A stretch of DNA of 64,000 nucleotides from a bacterium (GCA_965261595.1 CBDHDG010000007.1:320001-384000); one strand, 5' to 3'. Shown: positions 40,718 to 51,571, numbered from the stretch's first letter. Translations and numbers: made by a program. Notes: generated by a model from the sequence alone, not told the origin.

Positions 40718-41494
40718 GTGGTCTTCGACGGCTGGAAGATGTACGACCTGACCATGACCCTCGGGCACGATTACCCCGCTTTTCCCATCGGCCTTCAGGA
40801 CGTCCGGATTGTGAGGGACGTCCGGCGCGCGCGTTATACGGCCAACGCCGACAAGATTGAGATGTCCTGTCACGCCGGCACGCACCTGGACGGCCCGCTT
40901 CACTTCGAGCCACGCGGAAAAACCATCGATCAGTTCCCCCTCGCCGGAAAGCTCGTCGGCGAGGGCGTGATCGTCGACATCAGCAAACAGTGCGGGGATT
41001 ACGACTTTTACGGCGAGAAGGAAATTATGGCCTCGGGCGCGGACGTCCAGCCCGGCGACATCCTGTTCATCCACACGGGTTACCGCCGGCACGCCCCGGG
41101 GACCCCCAAAGAGGACGATATCAAGTATTTCTATAAACACCCCGGCCCGAAAATGGATTTCGCCAAGTGGTGCAAAAAGATGAAGTTCAAATATCTGGGG
41201 ATTGACGGAGGCAGCCAGGATCACCCGTTGAACACGGGGTTGCAGGGAAAAATCCCGTTCGTGGACGAGGAGTTCTGCAAAAAGCACGGCGTCGACAGCG
41301 TGGCCGACATCTTTCCCCGCAAGACGTGGCAGCTCATGCACAGCGAGCTCTTCAAGCACGAAATCATCCACGTCGAGAACCTGGGCGGGGACCTTCACAA
41401 AATTCTCAACAAGCGGGCGATCATCGGGACCTTCCCGCTCAAGCTGATCGCCGAGTCCGCCCCTTGCCGGGTTGCCGCCTGGGTGAAGACGTAA
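40718..41494 (+). CDS. Cyclase / kynurenine formamidase family metallohydrolase
   Basis: HAGTHLDGPLH (HxGTHxDxPxH), PGDILFIHTG, HVENLGG, PCRV.A. Confidence 0.9.
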   Translation: MVFDGWKMYDLTMTLGHDYPAFPIGLQDVRIVRDVRRARYTANADKIEMSCHAGTHLDGPLHFEPRGKTIDQFPLAGKLVGEGVIVDISKQCGDYDFYGEKEIMASGADVQPGDILFIHTGYRRHAPGTPKEDDIKYFYKHPGPKMDFAKWCKKMKFKYLGIDGGSQDHPLNTGLQGKIPFVDEEFCKKHGVDSVADIFPRKTWQLMHSELFKHEIIHVENLGGDLHKILNKRAIIGTFPLKLIAESAPCRVAAWVKT

Positions 41495-41509
41495 TCCCGC
41501 CCCGCGGAC

Positions 41510-41547
41510 AAAAAAAGGGGGGAAGCCTTTGGGCTTCCCCCCTTTTT
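41510..41547. terminator. Bidirectional intrinsic terminator
   Basis: AAAAAAAGGGGGGAAGCC-TTTG-GGCTTCCCCCCTTTTT between convergent genes. Confidence 0.9.
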
Positions 41548-41575
41548 CATTGCCTGGATTGAATAATGCGCCCGC

Positions 41576-42049
41576 TCACACCTCGCCGTCGGCGACGGCC
41601 TGGACGGCCTCGATGATCTTCGCGTACCCGGTGCAGCGGCAGAGGTTGCCCGCCAGGTGGTGGCGAATCTCAAACTCCGTCGGGTGCGGGTTGTCCTCCA
41701 ACAGCTTGATCGACGCGATGATCATCCCGGGCGTGCAGTAACCGCACTGGATCGCCCAACGCTTGATGAAGCTCTCCTGCATCGGGTGAAGACCTCCATC
41801 CTCACCCTTCACCCCCTCGATCGTCTCGATCTCCTTGCCCTGAACGCGAACCGCAAGCGTCAGACAACCGCTCGCCAGCTCTCCGTCCACCTTCACCGTG
41901 CACGTGCCGCACACGCCCATGTCGCAGCCCTTCTTCGCGCCCGTCAGGTAAAGGTCCTCGCGAAGGGTGTCCAATAAACTCTTCTTCGACTCGATGACCG
42001 CCTCGCGCTCCTCGCCGTTCACGCTCAGCGTGACCATTTGCTTCGCCAT
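41576..42049 (-). CDS. CoxS/XdhC-like 2x[2Fe-2S] subunit of a molybdenum hydroxylase
   Basis: GCDMGVCGTC...C; QCGYCTPG; GNLCRCTGY. Confidence 0.95.
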   Translation of the reverse strand: MAKQMVTLSVNGEEREAVIESKKSLLDTLREDLYLTGAKKGCDMGVCGTCTVKVDGELASGCLTLAVRVQGKEIETIEGVKGEDGGLHPMQESFIKRWAIQCGYCTPGMIIASIKLLEDNPHPTEFEIRHHLAGNLCRCTGYAKIIEAVQAVADGEV

Positions 42050-42073
42050 TGCCTCAATCCCTCCCGGACCCGC

Positions 42074-42946
42074 TCAGTGGGCCCCGTTGCCCGCCAGCGC
42101 CGCCTGAACCGTCCGTCTCAAAAATACGCCCACCATCGCCCGCTTGTATTCGGCCGAGCCGCGAATGTCGTCTATCGGATCCACCGCCCCCTTCGCCAGC
42201 TCACCCGCCTCGGTGAGAACCGACTCGGTCAGCTCCTTGCCCTGCATATGGGCCTCCGCCTCGCTCATCCGCCGTGGCGTCGGCACCGCGGCCCCTACGC
42301 TGATCCGAGCCTGCTTGCACGTCACGCCGTCCGACTCCACCTCCACCGCCGCCCCAACGCTCAGCGCAGGCTTGTCCTCCTTCGAGCGCGTCGTGAACTT
42401 CGTGTACGACGTCCGCCAACTGTCCCCAAGACGCTTCACCCGAATCTCGGTCAACAACTCGTCCGGCTCCACGCACGTCTCGTAGTAATCGGTGAAAAAA
42501 TCACTGATCGACACCGTCCGCTCGCCGCCCTTCTTCCGAAGAACCAGCTCCGCCTCCATCGCCGTCAGCGCCGCGGGAGGGTCCGCCGCGGGCTCGGCGA
42601 AGCACAGGTTGCCTCCGATCGTCCCCTGGTTGCGGATCCGAATCGTCCCCACACGGTGAAAGGCCTCCGCCAACAGCGGGTAACCCGAGCGAACCGTCGC
42701 GTCCCGCTCGATCGTCCGGTGGGTCGTCAGCGCGCCGATGCACAGCGTGTCGCCCGACTCCTTGACGTAACTCAAATCCGATAGCTCGCCGATGTCAATC
42801 AGGTAGTCGGGAGAGTAGATCCGCTGCTTCATCACAATCAGAAGCGCCACACCCCCAGCGAGGACCTTGCCGTCCTCGGCGTGAGCCGATAGCGCGTCCA
42901 GCGCATCGTCCACTGTCTTGCACGTCAACAACTCGAAATTCCGCAT
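42074..42946 (-). CDS. CoxM/XdhB-like FAD-binding subunit
   Basis: KVLAGG, IGALTTH, IRNQGTIGGNL, DDIRGSAEYK. Confidence 0.95.
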   Translation of the reverse strand: MRNFELLTCKTVDDALDALSAHAEDGKVLAGGVALLIVMKQRIYSPDYLIDIGELSDLSYVKESGDTLCIGALTTHRTIERDATVRSGYPLLAEAFHRVGTIRIRNQGTIGGNLCFAEPAADPPAALTAMEAELVLRKKGGERTVSISDFFTDYYETCVEPDELLTEIRVKRLGDSWRTSYTKFTTRSKEDKPALSVGAAVEVESDGVTCKQARISVGAAVPTPRRMSEAEAHMQGKELTESVLTEAGELAKGAVDPIDDIRGSAEYKRAMVGVFLRRTVQAALAGNGAH

Positions 42947-43528
42947 GCCCGAGCCCCGAAGGCCGATCACGCAATCGGCCGAACCGGTGGAAAAGAGAAA
43001 GACCGCCCCCCCGTTGCACCTGCTGAATGACGCCGCGTCCGACCGGGGGATGCCCTCTAGATGCGTCGAGATTAGCGAATCGACCCAAAGCCTGTCAAGC
43101 CTGCCAAAAGGATCTTCGAAGCTGGAAATCCGGCCCTCCTCGATGCGGCGATTCGCGACAGTTTAACGGAATTGGGAAAAACACCATCGGGACGCCTGTC
43201 CCTGAAGCATACCCGACCCGTCCTGGCGGATCGAGGTTAACCGGCCCGCGGGGAATCCGTATCCGCTGATCCGCTTCCGACGACTCGATAAAAGGGAGCG
43301 GCCAATTCAGGCGAACGGCGCCCCCGAGGAAATGTGGTAGGGTATGTGAATTCAGAGCCGCCGCGAATCAGAGAAATCCTCCGTCACTTCGACCCCCTGA
43401 AGGCAAAACGGGTTACCGTTGCGCGAGGTCTTCTTTCCATTTTCGGATATCAGGCGCGCGCCGGCCCGTAGGGGGCCTTCAAGCGAAGCGTTTTGATCCT
43501 TTCGAGTCAACCAGGAACGGGTGATGAG

Positions 43529-45613
43529 ATGAGCGCGGAAGACCGATATCGCATCGGCGTGGACACGGGCGGGACATTCACCGATGTGGTGGTGATCCAC
43601 GAGCGAACGGGCGAATTCTTCAGCACGAAAGTCGCCAGCACACCGGAAGATCCCTCTCTGGCCCTGGTTCGGGGCATCGAGAAGGCCCTGCACCGGATGA
43701 ACATCCGCCCCGACAAGATCTCCTCGCTGTTTCACGGAACGACGGTCGCCACCAACGCGCTGCTCCAACACAAGTTCGAGGGTCTCGGGCTCATCGTCAC
43801 CCGGGGGTTCCGGTTCCTTCTGGAAATCGCGCGCCAAAGCGTCCCCGACAACTACGGCAACTCCTATTTTTGGGTGAAACCGGACCGCATCGTCCCCCTT
43901 CATCTCGTCCAGGAAGTGGACGAGCGGCTTGATCATCACGGCAACGTCCTGAAACCGCTCAATGAGAAGAGCGCGACTCGCGCGGCCCGGTGGTTCAGGA
44001 AACGGGGCATCCAAAGCGTCGCGATCTGCCTGTTGCATTCCTACGCCGATCCCCGGCACGAACGGGCCATCCTGAAGGTCTTCGAGAAGGAATTTCCCGA
44101 GGCCTTCATCTCTTTGTCCAGCGACGTCATGCCGGAATACCGCGAATACGAGCGGGCCATTACGACATGCATAGACGCCGCCCTCAAGCCCCAAATCAAG
44201 CGGTACGTGGACGCGGGCGAGCGGAGGGTGAGAGACCTGTTGGGCGATGTCCCCTTCCTGGTGATGAAGTCCAACGGCGGCGTTTTCAGCGCGCGGGAGT
44301 CCACCGACAAGCCGGTCTCCACGCTTCTCTCCGGCCCCGCGGCGGGCGCGCTGGCCTGCTCGTTTCTCGCCGAGCGGTGCGGGCTGGACCACGTCATCAC
44401 GTTCGACGCCGGGGGAACCTCGACAGACGTGAGCGTCATGGAGAACGGCCGGGTCGGACAGACCACGCAGACCGTCATCGAAGATTTCCCCATCAAGGTC
44501 CCCATGCTTGACATCGTGACCGTGGGAACGGGCGGGGGCTCCGTCGCCTGGGTGAGCCCCGAGGGGCGGCTGAAGGTGGGGCCGCGCAGCGCCGGGGCGT
44601 CGCCGGGGCCCATGTGTTACGCGCTCGGAGGCGAAGAGCCGACCGTGACGGACGCCGCCATGTTCCTGGGCCAGCTCCCCCGGACGTTCTTGGGCGGCGA
44701 GGTTTCACTCGACCAGAGCCGGGCGAAGGAAGGCATCCGGAAATTGGCCGGGAGATTGGACCTGGGGCCGCGCGACGCGGCGACCGGAATTTTGGAGATT
44801 GCCGCCTGGAATCAGGCCCACGGGATTCGCCGGATGACCATCCAGCGCGGGCGCGATCCGCGCCGGTACGCCCTGGTGGCCTTCGGCGGGGCGGGTCCGA
44901 TGATGGCGGGGCGGATCGCGGACATCCTCGGGATGGGCTCCATCATCATTCCGCCCTCCCCGGGCGTGGGCTCCGCGTTCGGCCTCCAAGTGGTGGACCT
45001 GAAGAACGACTACGTGCGGACGGTGACGCAGCGCGAGGACCGGCTGGATTTCCGGGCGATCCAACGCGCCTTCCAGGAGATGGAAAAGGAGGCGGGGGCG
45101 GACCTCTCCCGGGAGGGATTATCCATCCGGAGCCGCGTCTTCACGCGCTCGATTGACTTCCGCTATCTCGGGGAGGCCCAGGAAATGGAGATCGCCCTCC
45201 CTGAGGCGCGCCTTTCAGAGAAACGGATCCAGGAAGCCATCGCGGAATTCCACGCGGGATACCTGGCCCTGTTCCGGCACGGATACCGGGGCGAGACGCC
45301 GGTGGAGATTGTCAACCTGCGCCTGTCCGGCATTGGCCGCCTGGGACGGCCCCATCTCAAGACGGTCCCGCAGGGCGGCCCCAGCCCCCAGGAGGCGTAC
45401 AAGGCCGCCCGCCTCATTTACTTCAAGGAAACGGGCGTCGTGGAATGCCGGACGTTCGATCGCGATCGGCTGCGGGCGGGGAACTTCATCGACGGGCCCT
45501 CCGTCGTGGAAGACTATGGCTCGACGACCGTCATCCTGCCCGGCCAGAGCGGGCGCGTGGACCCGTTCGGCAACCTGGTGATCACGGCAAAGAAAAAGGG
45601 GAGCGGGCCATGA
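43529..45613 (+). CDS. hyuA: Hydantoinase A / oxoprolinase family (ATP-binding subunit)
   Basis: IGVDTGGTFTD, HGTTVATNALL, SGPAAG, DAGGTSTD, GTGGGS, FGGAGP. Confidence 0.9.
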   Translation: MSAEDRYRIGVDTGGTFTDVVVIHERTGEFFSTKVASTPEDPSLALVRGIEKALHRMNIRPDKISSLFHGTTVATNALLQHKFEGLGLIVTRGFRFLLEIARQSVPDNYGNSYFWVKPDRIVPLHLVQEVDERLDHHGNVLKPLNEKSATRAARWFRKRGIQSVAICLLHSYADPRHERAILKVFEKEFPEAFISLSSDVMPEYREYERAITTCIDAALKPQIKRYVDAGERRVRDLLGDVPFLVMKSNGGVFSARESTDKPVSTLLSGPAAGALACSFLAERCGLDHVITFDAGGTSTDVSVMENGRVGQTTQTVIEDFPIKVPMLDIVTVGTGGGSVAWVSPEGRLKVGPRSAGASPGPMCYALGGEEPTVTDAAMFLGQLPRTFLGGEVSLDQSRAKEGIRKLAGRLDLGPRDAATGILEIAAWNQAHGIRRMTIQRGRDPRRYALVAFGGAGPMMAGRIADILGMGSIIIPPSPGVGSAFGLQVVDLKNDYVRTVTQREDRLDFRAIQRAFQEMEKEAGADLSREGLSIRSRVFTRSIDFRYLGEAQEMEIALPEARLSEKRIQEAIAEFHAGYLALFRHGYRGETPVEIVNLRLSGIGRLGRPHLKTVPQGGPSPQEAYKAARLIYFKETGVVECRTFDRDRLRAGNFIDGPSVVEDYGSTTVILPGQSGRVDPFGNLVITAKKKGSGP

Positions 45614-47463
45614 GCGGGAAGATCGACCCCGTCATCCAGGAAATCATCGAGGGGACGATCCTGGCCGCCGAGCGGGAGATGGAGGACCTGGTCGAGCGGA
45701 CCGCGAGGTCTCCGATGATCCGGGACCAGCACGACTACCGCGTGGGGCTGTTCGACCGGCTCGGCAACAAACTCACCGGGCGCTCCTACTCCGCCCTCGT
45801 CGATCCAATCCTGAAGAATTTCCCCATCGACGAAATGCGGGAAGGCGACGTCTTCCTGCACAACGACAGCTACCTCTCCGAGGGCGGCATCGGCCACCTG
45901 CCGGATTTGTGCAGCACGGTTCCCATCTTCTACGCCGGGCAGGTGGCGGCCTTCGCCATCGTCTTCGGCCATCACGACGACATCGGCGGGATGGTCCCGG
46001 GAAGCATGCCCACGTACGCGACCGAGGCCTTCCAGGAGGGGATCATGATTCCCCCGATCCGCCTGTATGACGCGGGAAAGCTCAACCGGGCGGCCTACGA
46101 CATCCTGTTCCGCAACTCCCGGCTGGGAGACCACCTTCGGGCCGATATCGACGCGGAGATCGGGGCCTGCCGCGCCGGAGCGGAGCGGATCGTCGAGTTG
46201 TTCAGCCGGTACGGCAAGGAGACGGTCTTTTCCTGCTTCGACGCCCTGCTGGACCGGTGCGAGGAAATCGTCTCCCGGGAGCTACTCTCCAAAATCCCCG
46301 ACGGAACGTACGCCTGGGAAGACTACATCGAAAACGACGGGGTGGTCCCCGACAAAGTCCACAAGATCCGGCTTTCGATGACGAAAAAGAACGGCAGGCT
46401 GATCCTGGATTTCAACGGCACCGACCCCCAGGCCCGGGGACCCATCAACTGGCCGGCCAACTACGCCGACGGCAAGTTCCTCAAGAAATGGATCGGGCCC
46501 ATCCTCAGAAACCTGGCCGACACCCCGGAACGGGCCAACGAGATCGACATCAACGAGGGCGTCTGCCGGTTGATGGAGGTGAGGTTTCCGCCCGAGGGGA
46601 TGCTCATCACGCCGAAATTCCCGGCCCCCACGAACATGCGGATGTTCACCATCCTCCGCCTCCTGGGGATCTTTTCCGCCTGCATCGCCAAGGCGGTGAA
46701 AGGCAAGATGCCCGCCGATCAGGAGACCATCCGGATCTGGGGACTGCACGGCCGGGACCGGGACGGGGAGCTCTTCATCTTCCGGGAGGTGCTGGGCGGA
46801 GGCTCCGGGGGGCGCGAATACGCCGACGGCTCGGACGCCATTCACATCGTCCCCAACTCCCGGAACCTTCCGGCGGAGTTCTCCGAGATCCGGTACGCGA
46901 TCCGGGTCGAGAAGCTCGCCCTGTGCCCGGACTCGGGCGGTCCGGGAAAGCGCCGGGGCGGCCTCGGCTACCTGAAAGAGTTCACCGTCCTGTCCGACGC
47001 CGGCGTATTCTCTCTCGCCGACCGATCCAAGCTGGCGTGCTGGGGCGTCAACGGCGGAAAGGCGGGCGGAAATTACCGGATCGTCCTGAATCCGGGAACC
47101 CGGAAAGAACGGGCCCTGCCCGCGCTGTGCGACAACGTCCCGGTCCAAAAGGGAGACCGCATTCGCGTCATCACGACCGGCGGCGGCGGCTGGGGGGATC
47201 CCCTGAGGCGCGAGGTCGAAAGGGTCCAACTGGACGTGATCCAGGGAAAGGTCACGCGCGAAGGAGCGAGAAGGGACTACGGCGTCGTCATCGGGCCGGG
47301 CGAGCGATGTCCGGTGGACGCGAAGGCGACCGAGACCCTCCGGAAACGGCTCCGGCGCACCCGGAAAACGTCGTTCATCGACCGAGGGGAATATTTCGAG
47401 AAGGTGGTCCGAAAGGGTCTCCGCAAGAAAACCCGCGGGCGGAAGGTGCCGGTCCGGGGTTAA
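45610..47463 (+). CDS. hyuB: Hydantoinase B / oxoprolinase family
   Basis: RTARSPMIR, GHLPD, HHDDIGG..PGS, QEG, DSGGPGKRRGG, GGGGWGDPL. Confidence 0.9.
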   Translation: MSGKIDPVIQEIIEGTILAAEREMEDLVERTARSPMIRDQHDYRVGLFDRLGNKLTGRSYSALVDPILKNFPIDEMREGDVFLHNDSYLSEGGIGHLPDLCSTVPIFYAGQVAAFAIVFGHHDDIGGMVPGSMPTYATEAFQEGIMIPPIRLYDAGKLNRAAYDILFRNSRLGDHLRADIDAEIGACRAGAERIVELFSRYGKETVFSCFDALLDRCEEIVSRELLSKIPDGTYAWEDYIENDGVVPDKVHKIRLSMTKKNGRLILDFNGTDPQARGPINWPANYADGKFLKKWIGPILRNLADTPERANEIDINEGVCRLMEVRFPPEGMLITPKFPAPTNMRMFTILRLLGIFSACIAKAVKGKMPADQETIRIWGLHGRDRDGELFIFREVLGGGSGGREYADGSDAIHIVPNSRNLPAEFSEIRYAIRVEKLALCPDSGGPGKRRGGLGYLKEFTVLSDAGVFSLADRSKLACWGVNGGKAGGNYRIVLNPGTRKERALPALCDNVPVQKGDRIRVITTGGGGWGDPLRREVERVQLDVIQGKVTREGARRDYGVVIGPGERCPVDAKATETLRKRLRRTRKTSFIDRGEYFEKVVRKGLRKKTRGRKVPVRG

Positions 47464-48403
47464 CCGGGTTTTCTCATCGCCGGGCAGGCTCGGCCGGCGG
47501 AAAATTTCGGCGCGTCGCCGTGAACCGCGCCCCCGCGGCGTTCCGGATGATTCACGGAACGGTTGACTTCTTCCACCCACAAAAAAGAACGGCGCAGGGC
47601 GTCCGCGGCGCCCGCGGCATACCCACCGCGAAGACCGCCCCACCCTACGCCGGTCACCCCAAAAGGAACCTTCTCAATCAACTCCCGGTGATTTCAATGA
47701 ACCTGGACCTTCGGCCTCATTCCCCGCCCGAGCGATCAGACCGGGCCGCTTTGATCAACGGTCCTCCCCGGACAAAGCCGCGGACTTTGACGATCCGACC
47801 CCGGATAACGCCGGGAAATCATGAAAATCGGGTTCAACGGATGGGAACAGCGCGCTTCGGCATTCCGGCGCGGGGACGTACAAGGATTCGGAAATGATGA
47901 GATGACCCATTTGGCAAGGGCGGTCACATGGACCGGGCGTCAGGGGTTCTCAAACGTCCGTCCCGCGGCCCCTCCCCGAAAGGAGGCGAACCCGCCGGAC
48001 GAAACTCGAATGTCATCAATCTTTTACACCGGAATCCCTCGAATTTCAATCAAAGAATGAGGTTTCAAAAGCCAGGACCGGGAAATCCATCACCTCTGAA
48101 CGCATCATTTCGACCATCTGACGACCCCCTGACAACCCTATCCGGCGGTCAAATTCAGCCCCCCCCTCCCCACGATTCGGCAATGTCCCTTGCCCCCGAA
48201 TCGAGAAGTTCCTAAAATTAGCCCAATCCGGCAGCGAGCCGAACCGCTCGAACCGATGAGCCGACCCGGTTGGGGGCGTTCCACAACGGACGGCGATATC
48301 CGCCCACCGATGATCCGGCGGACCCCCCTGAAGGCATTGGGGGCCTACAACCTGGAGGAACAACCGGTCCACCCGAAGCGCAAGGGCCCGGAAGGAGACA
48401 GGA

Positions 48404-50077
48404 ATGACCGTTGACCCGAAGAGCAAGAGCCGCGGCATCACCGACGGATGGGACCACGCGCCCGCCCGCGCGATGCTCAGGGCATGCGGCTTTAACGATG
48501 AAGACCTCTCCAAGCCGCTGGTCGGAATCGCCAACACCTGGAGCGAAGTGACGCCCTGCAACATCCACCTTCGCGACCTGGCCGAGAAGGTGAAAGAGGG
48601 CGTCCGCTCGGCCGGCGGGACCCCCATCGAGTTCAACTCGGTCGTCATCTCCGACGGCGTGACCATGGGCACCGAGGGCATGAAAGCCTCCCTGGTGAGC
48701 CGCGAGGTCATCGCCGATTCCATCGAGCTCGTCTCCCGCGGGCACCTGTTCGACGGCGTGGTGGCCCTTTCGGGCTGCGACAAGACCATCCCCGGAACCG
48801 TCATGGCCCTGGCCCGGCTGAACGTTCCCTCCCTCATGCTCTACGGGGGCTCCATCGATCCCGGACGGTTCCAGGGCCGGGACGTGACCATCCAGGACGT
48901 CTTCGAGGGCGTCGGCGCGCATGCGGCGGGCAAGATGACCGACGAAGAGCTTCACGAGCTCGAGTGCAGCGCCTGCCCGGGAGCGGGGGCGTGCGGCGGC
49001 CAGTTCACCGCCAACACCATGTCCACGGCCATGGAGTGCCTGGGCATCTCCATCATGGGCAGCTCCTGCGTCCCCGCCACGCACCCGAAGAAGGATGAGA
49101 TCTGCCGGGAGGTGGGCGCGCGGATCATGGAATTGCTGAAAGAGGACTTGCGCCCGGACCGGATCATCACCCGGGGGGCCCTGGAGAACGCCATCTTCTC
49201 CATCGCGGCCACCGGGGGCTCCACCAACGGCGTCCTGCACCTGCTCGCCATCGCCCGGGAGATGGGGGTCCCCCTGGCCCTTGAGGACTTCGACACCCTC
49301 AGCGGCCGCACCCCCCTGCTGGCCGATCTCAAGCCCTGGGGACGATTCGTCGCAACGGACGTGTACGCGGCCGGCGGGACCGCCCTCCTGGCCGGGCGGC
49401 TTCTGGACGCGGGTGTGCTGAACCCGGACGAAATGACCGTCAGCGGCCGCACCATCGGCGAGGAGGCGCGAGCCGCCGAGGAGACCCCCGGGCAGGAGGT
49501 GATCCGTCCCCTGGACAACCCCCTGGCCCCTAACGGCGGTCTCGTGGTGCTCAAGGGCAACCTGGCCCCCGAAGGATGCATCATGAAGATCGCCGGCAAG
49601 AAGAAGCTGACTCATGAGGGGCCGGCCCGGGTCTTCGACCGGGAAGAGGACGCCTTCGCCGCGGTCTCCCGGCGCGAGATCGAGGCCGGCGATGTGGTCG
49701 TCATCCGCTACGAGGGCCCCAAGGGCGGACCCGGCATGCGGGAGATGCTGGCCGTCACCGCCGCGCTGGTGGGCGAGGGGCTCGGGGAATCCGTGGCGCT
49801 GCTGACGGACGGACGCTTTTCGGGCGCGACACACGGACTGATGGCCGGCCACGTCGCTCCCGAGGCGGCGCACGGCGGACCCATCGCGGCCGTTCGGGAA
49901 GGCGACACCATCGTTTTCGACATCCCCCGTCGGACGCTCTCGGTGAACCTTTCCGATGAGGAAATCGCCTCACGTCTTAAGGATTGGTCCCCCCCCGCGC
50001 CCCATTACACAAAAGGCGTCATGGCCAAATACGCCCGTCTGGTCTCCTCCGCCTCGGAGGGCGCCGTCACCGGCTGA
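48404..50077 (+). CDS. ilvD: Dihydroxy-acid dehydratase
   Basis: PCNIHL, SLVSREVIADSIE, CDKTIPG, CGGQFTANTM, GGSTN, GPKGGPGMREM, TDGRFSG. Confidence 0.97.
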   Translation: MTVDPKSKSRGITDGWDHAPARAMLRACGFNDEDLSKPLVGIANTWSEVTPCNIHLRDLAEKVKEGVRSAGGTPIEFNSVVISDGVTMGTEGMKASLVSREVIADSIELVSRGHLFDGVVALSGCDKTIPGTVMALARLNVPSLMLYGGSIDPGRFQGRDVTIQDVFEGVGAHAAGKMTDEELHELECSACPGAGACGGQFTANTMSTAMECLGISIMGSSCVPATHPKKDEICREVGARIMELLKEDLRPDRIITRGALENAIFSIAATGGSTNGVLHLLAIAREMGVPLALEDFDTLSGRTPLLADLKPWGRFVATDVYAAGGTALLAGRLLDAGVLNPDEMTVSGRTIGEEARAAEETPGQEVIRPLDNPLAPNGGLVVLKGNLAPEGCIMKIAGKKKLTHEGPARVFDREEDAFAAVSRREIEAGDVVVIRYEGPKGGPGMREMLAVTAALVGEGLGESVALLTDGRFSGATHGLMAGHVAPEAAHGGPIAAVREGDTIVFDIPRRTLSVNLSDEEIASRLKDWSPPAPHYTKGVMAKYARLVSSASEGAVTG

Positions 50078-50274
50078 GGCGTCTCCGGTCGAAACCGGCC
50101 GGGGGAACAATTTTCCGCCGCGGACTCTCTAACGGGAAAGGCCTCGGGGGCCGCTCCCAACCGGGGCCGGGACAGGGCGCGGGCTGAGGGCCGAACCCAC
50201 GGAGAGAGGGACGCACCCGGGCCGCGAATCGGCGGCGCACAATGAGGCAACGAAGTCACGCAAGGAGATTGTGG

Positions 50275-50622
50275 ATGATGCGAAAGGGATTCTTGATTTG
50301 GGTTCTGGCGGGGTTTACGGGTGTGTTGGGGTCTATGCCGGGGATGATGGCCGGGACGGCTCAGGCCGCGGAAGTGCAAATCATCATTTCGGATTTCGCT
50401 TTCTCGCCGGAGACACTGACCATCAAGGTGGGCGACACGGTGGAATTCGTGAATGAGGACGGGATTCCCCATTCGGGCGCCCGGGAAGGCAAGGACGCCT
50501 TCGACACAGAGGCCCTGAACCAGGGCCAATCCAAGAAAATCACGTTCAGCAAACCCGGGGAATACACCTACAACTGCTCGATTCATCCCTCCATGTCCGG
50601 AAAGATCATCGTCAAGGAATAG
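50275..50622 (+). CDS. Exported cupredoxin (amicyanin/plastocyanin-like)
   Basis: Signal peptide ending AQA-A; FAFSPETLTIKVGDTV; type-1 Cu ligands PH...CSIHPSM. Confidence 0.9.
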   Translation: MMRKGFLIWVLAGFTGVLGSMPGMMAGTAQAAEVQIIISDFAFSPETLTIKVGDTVEFVNEDGIPHSGAREGKDAFDTEALNQGQSKKITFSKPGEYTYNCSIHPSMSGKIIVKE

Positions 50623-50696
50623 TCCGGAAGCGACAGGCGCGTCCCCGTCCCGCTGATTGAGCGGGGAAGGCCGGGGGCGCGCGCGGGGTCCGTCCA

Positions 50697-50736
50697 AAAA
50701 AAGAAAGGAAGGAACCCGGGGGGTCCCTTCCTTTCC
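50697..50736. terminator. Probable terminator hairpin between convergent genes
   Basis: A-run followed by GAAAGGAAGGAACCC-GG-GGGTCCCTTCCTTTC. Confidence 0.6.
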
Positions 50737-50799
50737 ATCAACATTCCGGTTTGTCGTCCTCGACCGGCCGCGCCGTCCTCCGGCCCGGTGAGAACGAGC

Positions 50800-51276
50800 T
50801 TACTCTGAATCCCCCTCCGGACTCTCTCCCTCGCGAATGGGGACCCCCTCCTCTTTCTCTTGCAGAAATCGAACCCTCACCTCTCTCATCCAGGATTCGT
50901 CGTTAAAACGGTTCTGGAGATACTCCTCGAAGGCGACCTCGTTCGGCGACAAGGTCCGTTTCGAGGAAACCCAGCACTCTCCCTTGGGCCCAGGCTCCGG
51001 GGATGAAGGATCCTCCTCATGGTCCGCCGCCATTTCCTCGTCGATGTCGAGCTCACCGTCCTCCTCGGCCGATCGACGCATGACCTCCACCTTGGCTTCC
51101 AATCCCCCCTGCTGCGGAAACCGCAAGGCCAGGGCAATGATGTCCTCACCGTCGAGGCCCCCTTTGCTTTGCAGATCCGCAACGCGGGACTGGACCTCAT
51201 TGGAGGAGAGGATGGCGTGAATAATGGCTTGGCTCAACTTCTCGTATTGAGGTCCAGGTTTCAGCCCGTCCCACAT
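50800..51276 (-). CDS. Acidic hypothetical protein
   Basis: Purine-rich RBS region before ATG 51276 and host-like codon usage; no family recognised. Confidence 0.65.
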   Translation of the reverse strand: MWDGLKPGPQYEKLSQAIIHAILSSNEVQSRVADLQSKGGLDGEDIIALALRFPQQGGLEAKVEVMRRSAEEDGELDIDEEMAADHEEDPSSPEPGPKGECWVSSKRTLSPNEVAFEEYLQNRFNDESWMREVRVRFLQEKEEGVPIREGESPEGDSE

Positions 51277-51571
51277 GGCGCGATTTCCCTTTCCTCTTGA
51301 CCGGCTCCGGTTGCGCTTCCAGGGTAGGGATAGGGAGGACAACCTGCGCCTCCCATTCTCTACCACCTCCCATCATACATCTGAATATATATCGTCGCGC
51401 CGGGTCACACAACCCCTCCTGCCTCATCCCCCGACTCGCCCAGCCCTCTACACTTTTCTTTTCGGAAAATTCTCAACCCGCGTTTAGCCCGAATCCACTC
51501 CTCCCGACAACTTCATGTCCAGCCGGCCCGCCATCGGCGGCGCCCGAACCCGGCCGGGAACACCCGGACCC

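Noticed and set aside
41576..42946. Aerobic CO dehydrogenase
   Set aside because: There is no large subunit, so substrate cannot be assigned.
47464..48403. Attenuator, T-box or hidden gene upstream of ilvD
   Set aside because: No Ile/Leu/Val-rich leader peptide, T-box motif or convincing ORF found in this 940-nt gap.
50275..50622. Amicyanin of a methylamine dehydrogenase system
   Set aside because: The short Cu loop fits, but no mau genes are present and such cupredoxins are widespread.
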